A stretch of 64,000 nt of DNA from the NCBI GenBank assembly GCA_024704765.1, contig JAKMXF010000199.1, positions 372,001-436,000 on the forward strand. The letters run 5' to 3'. Origin of the DNA: Oopsacas minuta. Its lineage: Eukaryota > Animalia > Porifera. The first letter of the stretch is position 1. Each line of letters starts with the position of its first letter. Shown here in pieces: positions 27,569 through 41,080 of this stretch. The position numbers were made by a program, and so were the translations under genes. Below the pieces are notes generated by a model that was given only the letters and a program-made list of their open reading frames with translations, did no database searches and was not told where the DNA came from.

Positions 27569-30065
27569 CACAGTGTGGAATTATGCGGCAATAGGTGAAA
27601 ATTTGACTTCGCTATTTACTAAAATATATGTGTGCACTCGATTTTACAATATTTCAAACCTAGAAATAGACTATTATTTGTACTTAATGAACATATAACA
27701 TGTCTAATCAAAGTCTCAAAATTTGGCTGAAATTTGGAATTGAAATCTTGAAAATCACAAATATGTATTCTTCAAATACTCATGCAATATTTCAGCATTC
27801 CTAGATCTGGTAATTCAAAATTTTTTCATTCTCAAGCACTATTACCCATATTTCAGCTCCTTAACCTACATTTTGGTCCCGATAGTTCAATTCAAGTAAT
27901 TGTGAGTTGAATAGCACAGTGTGGTAACTTTTCCTTATTTAGTTATTTCCAAGTATTTTAGACGATTCTGGCGTGAGGAATTCGATTTGTCTGTGCATTT
28001 AATGAATCGTCAATAATTTTAGCGAAAACGTCGAAATTCTCCTATTTTGATTTTCGCTTCATATTACCCATTATACATTCGCATGACATTATATTCATTT
28101 CAAATATTGATTTAGTTAGATTGATTGTTGTCTACAGATTGTATTTGTTGATGGCTGCCAGAAGAATTTGCAAGCTGTCACCAGATTCGTTTTACTATGT
28201 GTGCGGATACTACTTTGGACCAAGACAAGTCAGGCATAATATAACACCCGGTACAAAATTGTGTATTGCGTATTATGCTTATTTTGGTATGCCAATGGGT
28301 GATAAAGACAAAATGTTGTCTCCTCACTTCTTCTGTGGATCATGTCATTTGACCTTAGAAGGATGGCTACGTGGAACGTGAAAGTATATGTCATTTGCAA
28401 TACCTCGAATTTGAAGAGAGCCAGTAAACCACCATGATGATTGCCACTTTTGTATTGTAGATATTACAAAATATAAAGGAAAAAATAGAAAAAATATTGT
28501 ACCCAAACATTCCATTGTCTATTGCTCCAGTGTCGCACAATGAAGATCTGCCAATTCCGATTTCTCCTTTCTTAGAATGAACTGTTGAACCTGAGTACAT
28601 ATCTTCCAATGAAGAAGATTGTATCAGCTTCGACGAAGACTTATCATGAAAACCACACTTTCCTATTCAGCAAGAACAATTACACTTGGTTAGAGAATTA
28701 GGTCTGACAAAACCTGACGCGGAGCTTTTTAGATCTCGTCTCAGATAGTGGAATTTACTTGATCCTAGTTGTCTAGATATCTATCTATAGAAACGGCATC
28801 ATAACTTTGCATCTTTCTACAAATTTTCGCTTTCCAATCTTTGTGTTACTGTTCTGATGTGGATGGCCTTTTTAACGAAATTTGTGTGGAATACAACCTT
28901 CACATTGGCGTCTCTTCATTGATAGCTCTACAAGAGGCCTAAAGGGTGCTTTGCTTCACAATGGCAATGAATTTCCTACCATTCCGTAACTCACTCAGTT
29001 CATTTAAAGGAAAATTATGACAATGGGAAACATATGATGGAGATGATCAACTATTAAACACACAAATGGGATATTTGTGGCGACTTCAAAATGCCAGGAT
29101 TTCTACTTGGATTACAGGCTGGCTGTACAAAACATGCTTGCTTCCTTTGTTTGTGGAATGGTAGGGCAGATGACCAACACTATGGTAAAAATGATTGGCC
29201 CGTCAGAGAGGAGTTATTTCCAGGAATACACAACGTTATTCACAATGCTCTTGTTAAACCAGAGAAGGTTTTGTTGCCACCACTTCACATAAAGTTAGGG
29301 CTTGTGAAGCAATTCATCAAATCTCTGAATCCCGATAGTGATGCCTTCAAACATATACGTTCAATGTTTCCAAAAGTGTCTGAGGGGAAAGCAAGCAATG
29401 GAATCTTCGTTGGACCTCCAATTAGGCGGATGCTAGTGTTTAGCGAGGTAGAAACCAAAGTGAAAGTTGTTGAAAAGAGAGCTTGGCAAGCATTTAGGCT
29501 TGTAGTTAGTGGATTTTGGGAAATAGAAAGTCATAAAACTATGAAGAACTCGTTGATAACTTAATTGGGCAAGTTTTCAACATCAAGAATGTAGAATGTC
29601 ACTCAAACTACATTATTTACACTCACACTTGGGCTTTTTAGTCTAAATTTGGGAGATGTGAGCGAAGAACAAGGTGAACCTTTCCACCAAGTTATGTTAG
29701 TAGTGAAGAATACGTATCAGGGAAAGTGGGACGAACGTATAGGAGACTACTTGTGGTGTTTGATATGCGATGCTCCGAGTATACACAAAAGAAAAGGGTA
29801 AAAACAACATTTTAACTTAACGTCACTTTTACGTTATAAAGTATACTATTGATTATAATACTGTAAATGTCTAATTTTTAAGGAATGCATTCGTATTTAG
29901 AAGATTCCCTAGCATTTGTTTGGGGGATGAAATATGATATAACATGTATTTTGTATTTATTGGAGAAGTTTCGATTCTGATCTAACCATGGATGGATATT
30001 CACAAATATTGCTACTTGTGATATCCATGCGTCTTAAAGTAGTGGGGAAAAAACTCAAATTTCGA
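27569..30065 (+). mobile_element. Chapaev3-like DNA transposon, degenerate, right end missing
   Basis: Begins TTA|CACAGTGTGG. Broken transposase with CKLSPDSFYYVCGYY...AYYAYFGMPMGDKDK..PHFFCGSC and GLQAGCTKHACFLCLW...LLPPLHIKLGLVKQFIKSL, motifs I associate with Chapaev3. Cut off at the mariner starting at 30068. Confidence 0.7.
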
Positions 30066-30067
30066 TA

Positions 30068-31389
30068 TCAGAGCGTTCAATAAGTCTTGCAGGTGATGAT
30101 ATATCCCAGGAATTAGTCAAGTAATGTATCAAACTTTCATTTGTTAGAAGCACATATAATTAAACTCTTTATACTGAAAGTTTCAAGCACAAATTATGAA
30201 TTTTTTGAAATAGTTACGCATAGTCAATTTATGCCCACTGTTGGATGTATGGCTTCAAGGGATGATAATTTCAACCTCAAATGGCTTGCTTACTAGGGTT
30301 TCGCACAATACTCAAGATCCAGCCCGTACAGATCTTCAGCGAGTTATAGGAGATATTGTGAGTGGATTGCCCTTCCAGATCTACTGTAGAGCGATGGGCT
30401 GCCAGTTTTAGATCTGGTGATGCTGATGTCACAGATTTGCCTGGATCTGGACGACCAGATTCCGCCACCACTTCAGAGAATATCACATTCATTGAAAGTA
30501 TGGTCATGGAAGACAAGTGCATTACTATCAATCAGTTAGAATAAAGTATAGAGATTTCATCGGAGCTCTTCATACAATTCTGACGACTGAGCTTGGCTAC
30601 CGATCGATTTGTGTGAAATGGGTCCTGCACAAGCTCAGTGAGAATCAAAGGTCGGCACGACTGAATATTGCCAAGAAACTCTTGGAAACTTATGAGAACT
30701 ACGATTCTAGACGCCTAACAGAGACTTTTACTGGTGAAGAGACGTGGGTGTACTATTCAACACCATATAGCAAGTATAAGAAGCGATCATAGGTGAGGGG
30801 CGACGAACATCCGGCGAAAATTCCCAGGCCCGACTTCAGAAAACCTAAGATTATGTTTACCATCTTCTTCAGTAGTCATAGAATTGTCTTGCAATTACCT
30901 TGTGAGAGTGGCAAGGCTGTTACTGCTACTTTCTTTACCGAGCAAGTGGTCCAAATTTGATTAAAAATATAGAAAAGTACCGCCCGAAAACAGGAACTCG
31001 AGGAATGAAGATTTTAATTGATAACGCCAGTTCCCATACAGCTAAGCTTACCAAAAATTTCTTGGATGTACAAGGGTTAGAATCACTTCCCCATCCACCA
31101 TACTCACCAGACCTAGCTCCGTGTAATTTTTGGCTATTCCCCAAGCTTAAAATCTACCTTCCAGGCAAAGATTTTAACACATTACAGGCACTCGGAACGG
31201 GCCTGTACCAGTACTTCAAATCCAACCCCAAAGAAGATAACAGAAATGTGTTTTACAAATGGGTGGAAAGGTTAAACTTCGTGTATCTGCATGAGGGGAT
31301 TACTTTGAATAAATAATATAGTGAATTAGTGTATATAGTTTTGTGTCATATTCTATGATATCACCCGCAAGACTTATTGAACGCCCTAG
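30068..31389 (+). mobile_element. mariner family B copy 2 (defective)
   Basis: TA|TCAGAGCGTTCAATAAGTCTTGC...GCAAGACTTATTGAACGCCCTAG|TA. Same split transposase as copies 1 and 3. Confidence 0.93.
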
Positions 31390-33064
31390 TAGCTGCTGAA
31401 ATTGATGAATCACAATACAAGCTATTTCAAAACAATGACCTAAGGTGGAATTCGACTCATGATCTGATTTGAAGTGTCATTAATAAATTTAAATCACTAA
31501 GGATTTATTCATTGAAGCATCCAGGAAAAAATAACGGAATTCAATTCTGCTAAAGAATAAGTTTTGATACACTGTTACGGGATACTTTCCCACTTTAAAT
31601 GGGTCACAAAAATATTGCAAGGTGATTACCCTACCATTTCGATTTACTATCCGTGTGTGAAACTATTGTTAATCTGTAGAAGATGTTCATCCATTATTAA
31701 TTATGATCTCGGGAGATCATAATAGTGTAAACTAGGTCGGGTCGAACTAAATAGCCTGGTTACAGAAGTACGTGAGAAATTCCTTGTTGCTGTACAAGAA
31801 ATGTTCGATACAAAATTCCCTATTGATTGATAGGCATGCAAGCTTCTAGGACCCAAGATGGAAGTCTCTGAGCTTTCTTGAAGAATTAGATAGAGAAGAA
31901 ATTAATATGGAGTTAATAAATGATTTTTGGCGTATTTGGAATGGAGAAAGCTAACTGAGGCATAAATTGGAAGAGATGGACAAAGTTCAACACCTCCTTC
32001 TCTTGCAGGAAATGTATCCAAGCTTAGTGAAGAAGTCGGAAATTTCTTGTTGTGAGCCGTCGAGGAATCAAATATAGTTGGAATCAATATTGATAATCAT
32101 ACAATTAGCATAGAAACTCTAGGATTGATTGCTAACCTTGAAGAGGAATTGAAGTACTACAAAGGATTGCCCAAAGTAGATAATAACTCTGATTCCATTT
32201 GTTGACGTGGTGGGGGAGAAAGGTGTAATTCCACAAACTTTAAAGACTAGGTTACATGTCCAGTGTTGTTCATGCAAACGTAGCATCCAGTGCAGCCGTT
32301 GAAAGACCATTTAGTACAGCAGGCAGAATAGTTAGCAGGGATAGAGTGAACACTAAGCCTCAACGCGTAGAGAAAATTCTATTGGCACATAAAAATTAAG
32401 ATTTATGGCTGCAAGATGATTAGGAGAGAAAGAAATTTTTTCCCGGCTAATCTTGGATATTTAGAAAATCTGTCATGTGGAAAACACTCCCAAGTTTGCT
32501 TAATGAAACAAAATCAGGAGAAGCAAGGGAAATGGACCCCGAAGAATCAATTTTGACCACTAGATAACCGAACTTCGTACTAGTACTTGTCTCGCAATTT
32601 ATAAGTCTCCTAGCATATTACTGTAGCATCTAGCACATTATTTTTATAAGTGAAACAAGTTAAAGTTGAAAATTATAACCAACTACGCACTTGTTTATAA
32701 AATATATTGGATAATAATGTTCAAAATCACTGATTTAATGACTTAATATTATGATTATTATCACTTCATTAGTATTTGTATTCGGTTGAAGCAACTGAAT
32801 ATTATCCATATTCGTATTCGGAATGAGTAACCGAATAGTTACGGCATTCGTATTCGGTTGAAGTGATTAAATATTATCAGTATTTGTATCCGGTTGAAGT
32901 AACCGAATATTATCAGTATTCGTATTCGGTATGAGTAAGCGAATATTATCAGTATTCGTATTCGGTATGAGTAAGCGAATATTATCAGTATTCGTATTCG
33001 TTTTAGTATTCGGTAAGACAGCTATTCATGAATACTGATATTCGTTTTGGCGGTTTCAACCTTC
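31390..33064 (+). mobile_element. 3' half of a degenerate hAT transposon
   Basis: AAEIDESQYKLFQNNDLRWNSTHDLI, LLGPRWK (LDPR-like) and ASSAAVERPFSTAGRIV. Subterminal ATTCGG repeats and the terminus GTTTCAACCTTC. Confidence 0.8.
32770..33010 (+). repeat. subterminal tandem repeat (36-bp unit) of the hAT element
   Basis: GAATATTATCAGTATTCGTATTCGGTATGAGTAAGC is exact at 32905-32940 and 32941-32976, with partial and diverged units on both sides. Confidence 0.9.
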
Positions 33065-33378
33065 TAATTAACATATATATCAAAGTATTTGCATTTTAAG
33101 TTTATAATAACCAATAAATGATCAATATTTCCCTGACATAGAATAACTATGAAATTAGTATAAACTTCAAATCTTCTTAGTGTTTGAAATCTCGGCGTGG
33201 CTTACTATATTATACTACTATCTAAGAGGCAGAGACGACTAAAAAATAGAAGGCGAACCATGTAGAAATAATGATCGTTTCACTATTGTAGAAATATGAA
33301 GATAATACATTTGGTTGCCTTTTAATTTCAAATATTTTATTAATCAACTATGATATCAACCTTTCTCCTTTGAATGCA

Positions 33379-34677
33379 CAGAGTTAGGCATAAGTTCTGC
33401 AACAAGCATAAACTAGTATATTTCTTATTTTACCATAATAGTAGTTGAAATTCGTAATGAATTAGTGAATATACATACTAAGGATACGAAATTATTCTAG
33501 CACTTCGAATGTATTGCCCTTTGCTGCGATACATAGGCTCAATTGCTTATAGAAATTTTCGACAGCAACACGCAACACGTCCTCACTGATTAAATCCCAC
33601 TCTCTTCTCAAGGAAGACTTCAGACTTTCGACATTCTTGTGAGGCTTTGCACATACCCTGGACTCTAAGATGGACCATATACAGAAATCCATAGGGTTTA
33701 GATCTGGAGAAGAGGCCGGCCATTATTCAGTTGATATAAATTCCGGTACATTGAGTTTCAACTACTCAGATGTCATTTTGGCTTTGTGGGAGGGAGCGGA
33801 ATCTTGCTGGAACACCCAATGCGCGCCATTGAAGTGCTCACCAGCCCAAGGCTTCAATGCGTTCTCTAAAATGCTCTCTACATACACCTCTTTGTAAATT
33901 TTCACCCCTTTATCAATGAGCACCAGAGGTGTCCGACCATCAGAGGAAATAGCTCCCCAAACCATGACCGATGCAGGTTTCTGAGTTCGTTTAATTGTGC
34001 GTATTGATGACGATATAGACCTTCGATCTGGGGCAAGAATTCGACTGTTTTGGCGATTACATGTCATTTCTACGGTAAAAATCTTCTCATCGGAGAAGAC
34101 AATGCTCTGGTGCGTGCCACCAGTGAACCTTTTTCCCAGAATCAGACATTTTTCATACCTACGCATCTTATTCACCTCAGAAAGTAACTGTACCCCTCGA
34201 AATTTGTAGCATTTCAAGCCTAAATACTCTTTTACTATCCTCCCCATACTGGTTAAAATATTGAAGTCTTTTGCCATGCCTTGGATGCTTCTGACAGGAT
34301 TCTTCCTGACCTTCTCCCGGACGAGCTTCCTAACAGCAGGAGTCCGAACAGAATGAGGTCTACCTTTTCTGAACCTGTCCTGGGTACAGCCAGTCTCCTT
34401 GTAACGTTTGATTGTACGGTAGACTATCCATCTGTTTATGGACAGTATTTTTGATATTACGGAAGCTGACTTGCCTTCATTATGATACAAGATTATCAAT
34501 GACCGTTTTGCCTCTTTGTCCATAAATTAAAAAATTTTTCTAGTAGGACTCAATAGTCCAAATATTGTTTATAAAGATATTGAAGATAACATATGATAAA
34601 TAAAATATTCACCTAAAACCATTCGCAGAACCTCTAGCTTAATTTCAATTTTGTTGCAAAACTTATGCATAACCCTG
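33379..34677 (-). mobile_element. Tc1/mariner superfamily element with DD37D triad (maT-type)
   Basis: TIRs CAG(A/G)GTTA(G/T)GCATAAGTT(C/T)TGCAACAA. The transposase at 34523-33492 is one 344-codon frame with two in-frame stops: FSDEK, QQDSAPSH, then 37 residues to the D of SPDLNPMDF. Confidence 0.88.
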
Positions 34678-34934
34678 TAATTGATAAACATGCACAACTC
34701 AATTATAATTATGTATTACCCTTTACAGTTGACTCCCTCTTAATTTGACACTAGTGACAGCTCTTTGAGAGAGGTTTACGGGAACCAATAGCTATAGTTA
34801 TATAATTAATATAATACTCATTCGTACCTTTCGGTGATTTAGTTACAACAAACATCGGAATATGTGTCCAAATAAGGTGAATTCAACTCGACATTATCTT
34901 TATCTTATCATACATAGATTATTCATATTCCTAG

Positions 34935-37870
34935 ATGCCCAACAAGTGTGTTGTTACTGGTTGCAAGACAAATTATTTAACTTCAGATGCTAGTAAACAG
35001 GTTTCAAGTTCCAGACAATATTGAATTACGAGCGAAGTGAACAGAGTTTAGCAATCGAAAGGCTTAATCTGCCACGAAATACCCAACTATCTGTGGATAC
35101 CATTCCTCTGAGATATATCTCGTGCGAAATCCACAACGAATTCGATTAAATTATGCTCTCCACCCCATTCCCACATTTCATCCTGAAACGATTCCAGAGT
35201 CTGAGAGTGATTCTCAAAAGACCAAGAAAAGATCTCAATGTTCGTGTCCATCAACCAGACCAAATGCCATTATTCAAATCATAATTTTAATTTAAATCTT
35301 TAGATAAATTCGCAGAATTATTAGATACAGCTACAGAATACATAGGTTTCAATATCGAGAAATCTAGAGAATTTGTGACTGCTTATCGTGTCGAAATACT
35401 TCACGGAATCGTTTACATTAAGGAATGCACAAGCGTAAAAGATTCACTAGAAGTAAAGCTTTGTTATAAAAGCATGCCTCTCTCCTTGCACAATTTTATC
35501 GCAAATCCCGAAGGTTCTAAGCGTACTTCGCTCCCTATGCTCGTGAATCTACCTAATTACTGAAAAAAATCAAAGCCCTTCAACTTAAATTGAAGTATTA
35601 AAAGAGCTACTTGATATAAGCTACTTTGGGGTTCCCAAGCGTGAGCGAAACTCATTTGAGCGAAACCCACTTGAACGAAACTCTCTTTAGAGAATCCATA
35701 TCACAATGTGTAAAGTTATCCAAAGTGAGACTCGGATAAAAGGGTGCGTTTTGGAGTCTGAAATAATACCTATGTTGGTGTCATAGACCAATTTCGTATA
35801 AGTGGGAATCTTGCCCATGTCAAAGAAAATTATTTCATCAAATGGCATCTCGGTACGAAACAACAAAAAGTGTCCTGCGTAAAGTTTTGAAGGTCAATCT
35901 TACAGATTTGATAAATTTGTGTCGCCAATACTAAGAAACGATGGCGTTGTCGCACCGAGATTGCAATGGCTGTATCTATTGTATGAATGATCAGGGAAAC
36001 AGTAATATTCAAACTAGAACACCTCACCGTTAACATTATATCGCAGAATCAGATCCTAGGGCCATCGATTTAGTAATTTCTGACCTGAAAATTTATTCAA
36101 TCGTTAAATAATGGGTTGAATTGATTTCGCCCAGCGGGTTTCGCTAAAATGAGGACAAATCGTTACTATGACCCTAAAGGAAGACCACTCTATTCTACGA
36201 AAATCTTGAAATTTGCATTTTTGATGCAAAATACCTCAAATGCAGCTTATCGTTACCTTCAACATTTTCTGCTTTTACCTAGGTATTCTCTTTTACACAA
36301 GTTAAGTAGTCAAGATATCGACACTATCAAAGCTTTAGTTACTCTGCGAAAAAATTAACAACTTGGTCATAATGTCATTTTACTTTGGGACGAAATGTAT
36401 TTGCAACAACAAGTTCAGTATGATGGCCAGGCACTTACTGGATGTGATAGCACCTTTCAGATGGACTGAAGAATTCGCTGCTACATTGTCGTGTCCTTAA
36501 CTTCTTCTGTTCCATTCATGATAAAAGCAGTTCCCTTGACCAAAATTTTAAGTGATGTCCGTTTGCTCTGGGATAATTAGCTTCATATAAATTCTTACTC
36601 AAAATAAATTTAAATCTTCGAGGAATTACATCTGATAACCATCCCACCAATGTTAGTTGCAATGGTAAGCTATTGAAACAATTTCCATCTACGATAAGTT
36701 CAGAGTGCATATTGAATACGAGAGAAACACAATTATTTACTATTCGATACTGTATCCTGGTCAGCTTTTCAACTCCTACACAAAAAGGATACAAACTTGA
36801 ATGCCCCCTAAAATGCCCCCAAATATCACACCAAGCCCTACACCAGGGAACAAAAAACAATCGGTCTACCTTTCACTCGCAATTTTTAGCAGAAAAACAC
36901 TTTCAGCCATGTGGAATTACTTTCCAGATTATACCACTACTCCATTTTTCATGAAACATGTTCATAATTGATGGTTAATTGTTAATTCCAAAGAACGCTA
37001 TCACTCAGATAGTGTAGGCTCAGCACTTGTTGCAAATGACGGAAATGTGGAATTCTTAAGATATTCAAGCGATTGGTTGGAAAAATGGATGACGTCTAAT
37101 ACATTTGGATGATCTAAACAGACGTTTAAGGCATTAATTCCACCCATCGAGCAATAGCCAATTTGTGCTCAGATCTACTTATCAGATGGGTATTAGTATA
37201 TATTAACTGGTCGTTTACAAATGATCCTTTAGTGAGATACTTCTCCCAATATCATCAGATGTCTGGTGGCCGATTTCTAGTAACCCTGAGAGAAGTTTAT
37301 AAAACTGAATAAATTATCAATCTAAAAAGATTATTCAAATATGAACTTGAGGTTCCAAGTAGATCTTTGTGGGAAGAGTCAATTCTCCAAAAATTTCTAA
37401 ACGAGATTCACACTTTGAATTTTGAACTTTTTTCACTCTCGTAAGGCACTAACGAAGTTATTATTGGCTGCATTTATATTCCGATCCCTGAAAGAAAAGT
37501 TGAAATGTATTGATTGTATGATCTTCCTAGAGCGAGATACAGTTTCCAGCGCTTATATCGAGACTGCAAATTGTGACAAACTGACACGACCATCTTCTGC
37601 TCTCATGTTTACACCAAATCTGCCAATGCTGCTCTGGAGTTAACTGAAAAAGGATATTAGCCAGCAGTGCCCCTGAAAAGGTACTAGCCAAAATTGTTCT
37701 TGATAAAGCATGCACACTATGGGAATACATTTTTATATGTAATCTATAAGAAAATTCTGGATTGAACATAACTAATTCTATGATTTCTAACGTATTATGA
37801 AAAAGTCCCTCGAAAGAAATCAACGCGATGAGGAGGAAATAACAAATTGTTGAATTTAAGTCTAGATAAT
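34935..37870 (+). pseudogene. degenerate THAP/P-type transposase (distinct subfamily)
   Basis: MPNKCVVTGCKTNY, RPLYSTKILKFAFLMQNTSNAAYRYLQHFLLLP, LLWDEMYLQQQVQYDG and DPLVRYFSQYHQMSGG fragments; many stops. Confidence 0.8.
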
Positions 37871-38399
37871 TGAATTCAAATAAGTACTAGTAAGAATTTA
37901 GTCAGTAAACATTCTTATATCATTTTTATGACTACTTGATTATAAATGACGTTATAATATACAACTAGTATAATATAAATTAACCAAAACGCATAAATGA
38001 ATGTAATTCGAGACATATTCAATTGGCATTCTATTTTATTAGCCTTCTCGGACAATTAGATAGCCGTATAATAAGGTAAGCCATGTCTCGGGATTCGTCA
38101 ATGTTCCGAAGCTCAATCGGGGTAAGAGATCCTGGCATTAAATACTGTAAATAATGTTATACGCTCACGCTAGTGGAAGTAGACCCATTTCTGTAAGAAA
38201 TATGCGAAAAAGAAGAAAGTTAAGAAGAAGAGGACTTGCTAGGTCGATTGCGGTTAAATAAACTCCACATATATATAATGACATATAGAGATTGAAACCA
38301 CATATTACTCATGAATACACTAGATACCTAATCAAATTCACTTGTTACATTCCACTTTGAATCTATAGTTCAACAAGATGAGTTGTATTATACCTGGAA

Positions 38400-41080
38400 G
38401 TACCTCAAATTTCAGGTGTGAAAATACTTTACGACATAATTTTGTGCTAAGGATGATGTTAATCTTGAAAAATAGCTAGAGGCATTCAAGACCCAGAGAA
38501 GATTGCCAAGACAACAAAAGTATAAAGGAAAGTAATACTCTTTTGTTTGCCATGCATGATGTTCTCTCTAATTGTTTTCTCTAGTGTATAAGGGTTACCA
38601 CTGGAAAATTTGGAATACAAATGCTATTATTTATGATATTCTTTAGGTTTATACGACCCACATCAAAGAGGAATTCATTGAAAAGATATTCGAATATTCT
38701 GATGGCCAGAGGAGGGTGTGACACCACAGGTCCGAGTGGCTCTGACAAAGACTGCTGTACGAACTATATTACGAACTGCCCTAGCTACTTGGCAAGCAAA
38801 ACAGAGAAGACAAATAGAATTTCAAGAGAGGATAAAGAGCTGAGAGTGATTTAAACTGCAATAAAATTGAGCTTAGTGGAGGATACATCTACCACAGCTA
38901 AATTTTCAGTTAGTAACCTCAATGGTATTGTTGGGAAGTTGATTTTTCTCATCTTATATCTAATCCCAGCAAAGCCTCCGTTAAGAAGAATGTTGAGAAT
39001 GCCATTATTGACCTTGCTAAGTGTCATTGAACCAATAAAGAGCATGAAAATGATACAGAATTTGAGGAGCCCCAAATCGAGAACCTAACTTTACCATCAT
39101 AAATTGCGATTGAATTTTACTTGCTCCGTTGAAATATTAGATCGTTTCAAAATAGGCGCCGTTATAACATAACGACGCAGGCTTTTGCCCTTAAGTTTAA
39201 CAGAATTTCTCCTGCTTGCTTTCGGCTACGCCAAACTTCAAATTGCCTGAATCTCCCTTATGAGCGTGATCTACTAAAAATTTTAAATTCAATTCGTTGG
39301 AAAGTGAATATTAAAGTGTACTCAAGGAGTTTTAATCTACTTTCAAAGAACAAGAGAATCATATTTACTTCAGATGGATGAAGTTCATATTAGTAGCGAT
39401 GCTCGTTATTAAGGTAGAAGAATTATTGGCACTATTGCCATCCAGAAGACCCATCGACTACGATATTTTCAATTTTGGTATCTAGTTTGATGACTAATTT
39501 CTCTACCATTGTACGGCTAGTCCCCTCGGTTCCTAGCCACGCTGCAGCTCTATTACCTGTTGTAATTACGAAAATATCGGACAATGAGAGGTGAAATTTA
39601 TATGTTGATGCTGTGTGTACCGACTATTAACCAATGTCAGCAATTTTAATCTTCTTTCCCAAATCAATTCGAAACAATTAGTCAAATTCAAACGACAACA
39701 AAAAAGATGTATTTCCACTATCGAATGATTGGATAATTATCCCTGGTCAAACATATGCAGAAATAAACATGCATATCAATCAATACTTCAGGATTCATAA
39801 TTGACACTATTTCATCACTAATTCTTTGTATCTTACGATATGCTATGCAATTTTGATGACATTAGATCCTTATATAAATCTGATGGAAGACAAATGTTTA
39901 AAAGAGCTCCAAAATTGACTATGAGAGCCTCTTGGGCATCTAGCTTGGAAAGACAGGAGTTTATTCTGGCACATAAAAATATTTACGAGTCAAGTTGTGG
40001 TGGACTTTTATCCCTCAATATTAAGAAGAATATTCGAACCAAAAACAAAACTGTTGATTTTCTGAAGTTGAATAATTACACCTGTAATATTTATAGGGAA
40101 TTGGGCTGGAAAGGTATCCATTTTAATGAAGATAATTTATACCTATAGTTACATGCAAATCGAGATATACTTTCCAACGAAATGTGTTAGCTGGTTAGAC
40201 TACAGGGAAATCTACCCACTGCTAAGGAAGATAGTCTCCTCGGACATTCACAAGTTCGAAACACACATGTAATGCATTGTACTAAATATGGATTTCAGTA
40301 TCTGCGACCTTACGGATCCAGAACGATACTTTAGAACATCATTTTGGTTTATAGACAAGAGGCAGGTTCCATTCATCAAGTCTCTTATCCCAAAATCCTA
40401 GATTCTGAATACCGATAACAACTCTCTCACATATTAAAAAGTATGCGACATTAAAACTGAATCTGATAAGATTCAAAACCTACCGCCCTGGGATATTTGG
40501 ATATGTTTCTGTTCCGTTGGCGATGACGCAAATGTGGAAAAAGAAAATATTGCGACAAATTTAGAACAGGTCAAACTTCCAGTAATAAAATTTTCAAATT
40601 AAATGCCTCGAGTTTGTAGCAGGTAATATATGTAGTTTTCATAACTGATAAATGAAATGATTGTAAATTGTGTAAAAATTTTCTTACGACTGGAAAATCC
40701 ATCAATATTGACGATGATAATAGCAATCAGCTCACCCTAACAGAATAATCAGATAGAGGTTCTCTAAAACACCCATCGACTTGTGTACTCGACATTACAA
40801 AAATTTGAGATGACATATTTAGTAAATCTACAGTAGAACCCAACTGCTCGAGAATATGTATATTGGTTCGCGGATTCGTCTCGTGCTAGACTTGTTCAGT
40901 TAGCTTGTATATTGACAGAGACTATTAATAGGAATATTTTGTGTGGGTGTAACATCTCACGTTGGGAAATATTTGACAAGCTGTTTGCAGCTCTTTCTAA
41001 CTGTACTTTTCAATAAGATCAAACATATAATTCAATGGTTCTAGCTCACAACAATTATGAACTCAAAAAATTCAATAGAT
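38400..41080 (+). pseudogene. degenerate THAP/P-type transposase related to the 16302 element
   Basis: Fragments THIKEEFIEKIFEYSDG, RRRYNITTQAFAL and QMDEVHISSD..Y*GRRIIG are collinear with the 16738-19577 transposase. Confidence 0.7.

Noticed and set aside
32770-33010. 36-bp repeated unit resembling a CRISPR array
   Set aside because: The units are directly tandem with no unique spacers, no cas genes are nearby, and they are the subterminal repeats of a hAT end.
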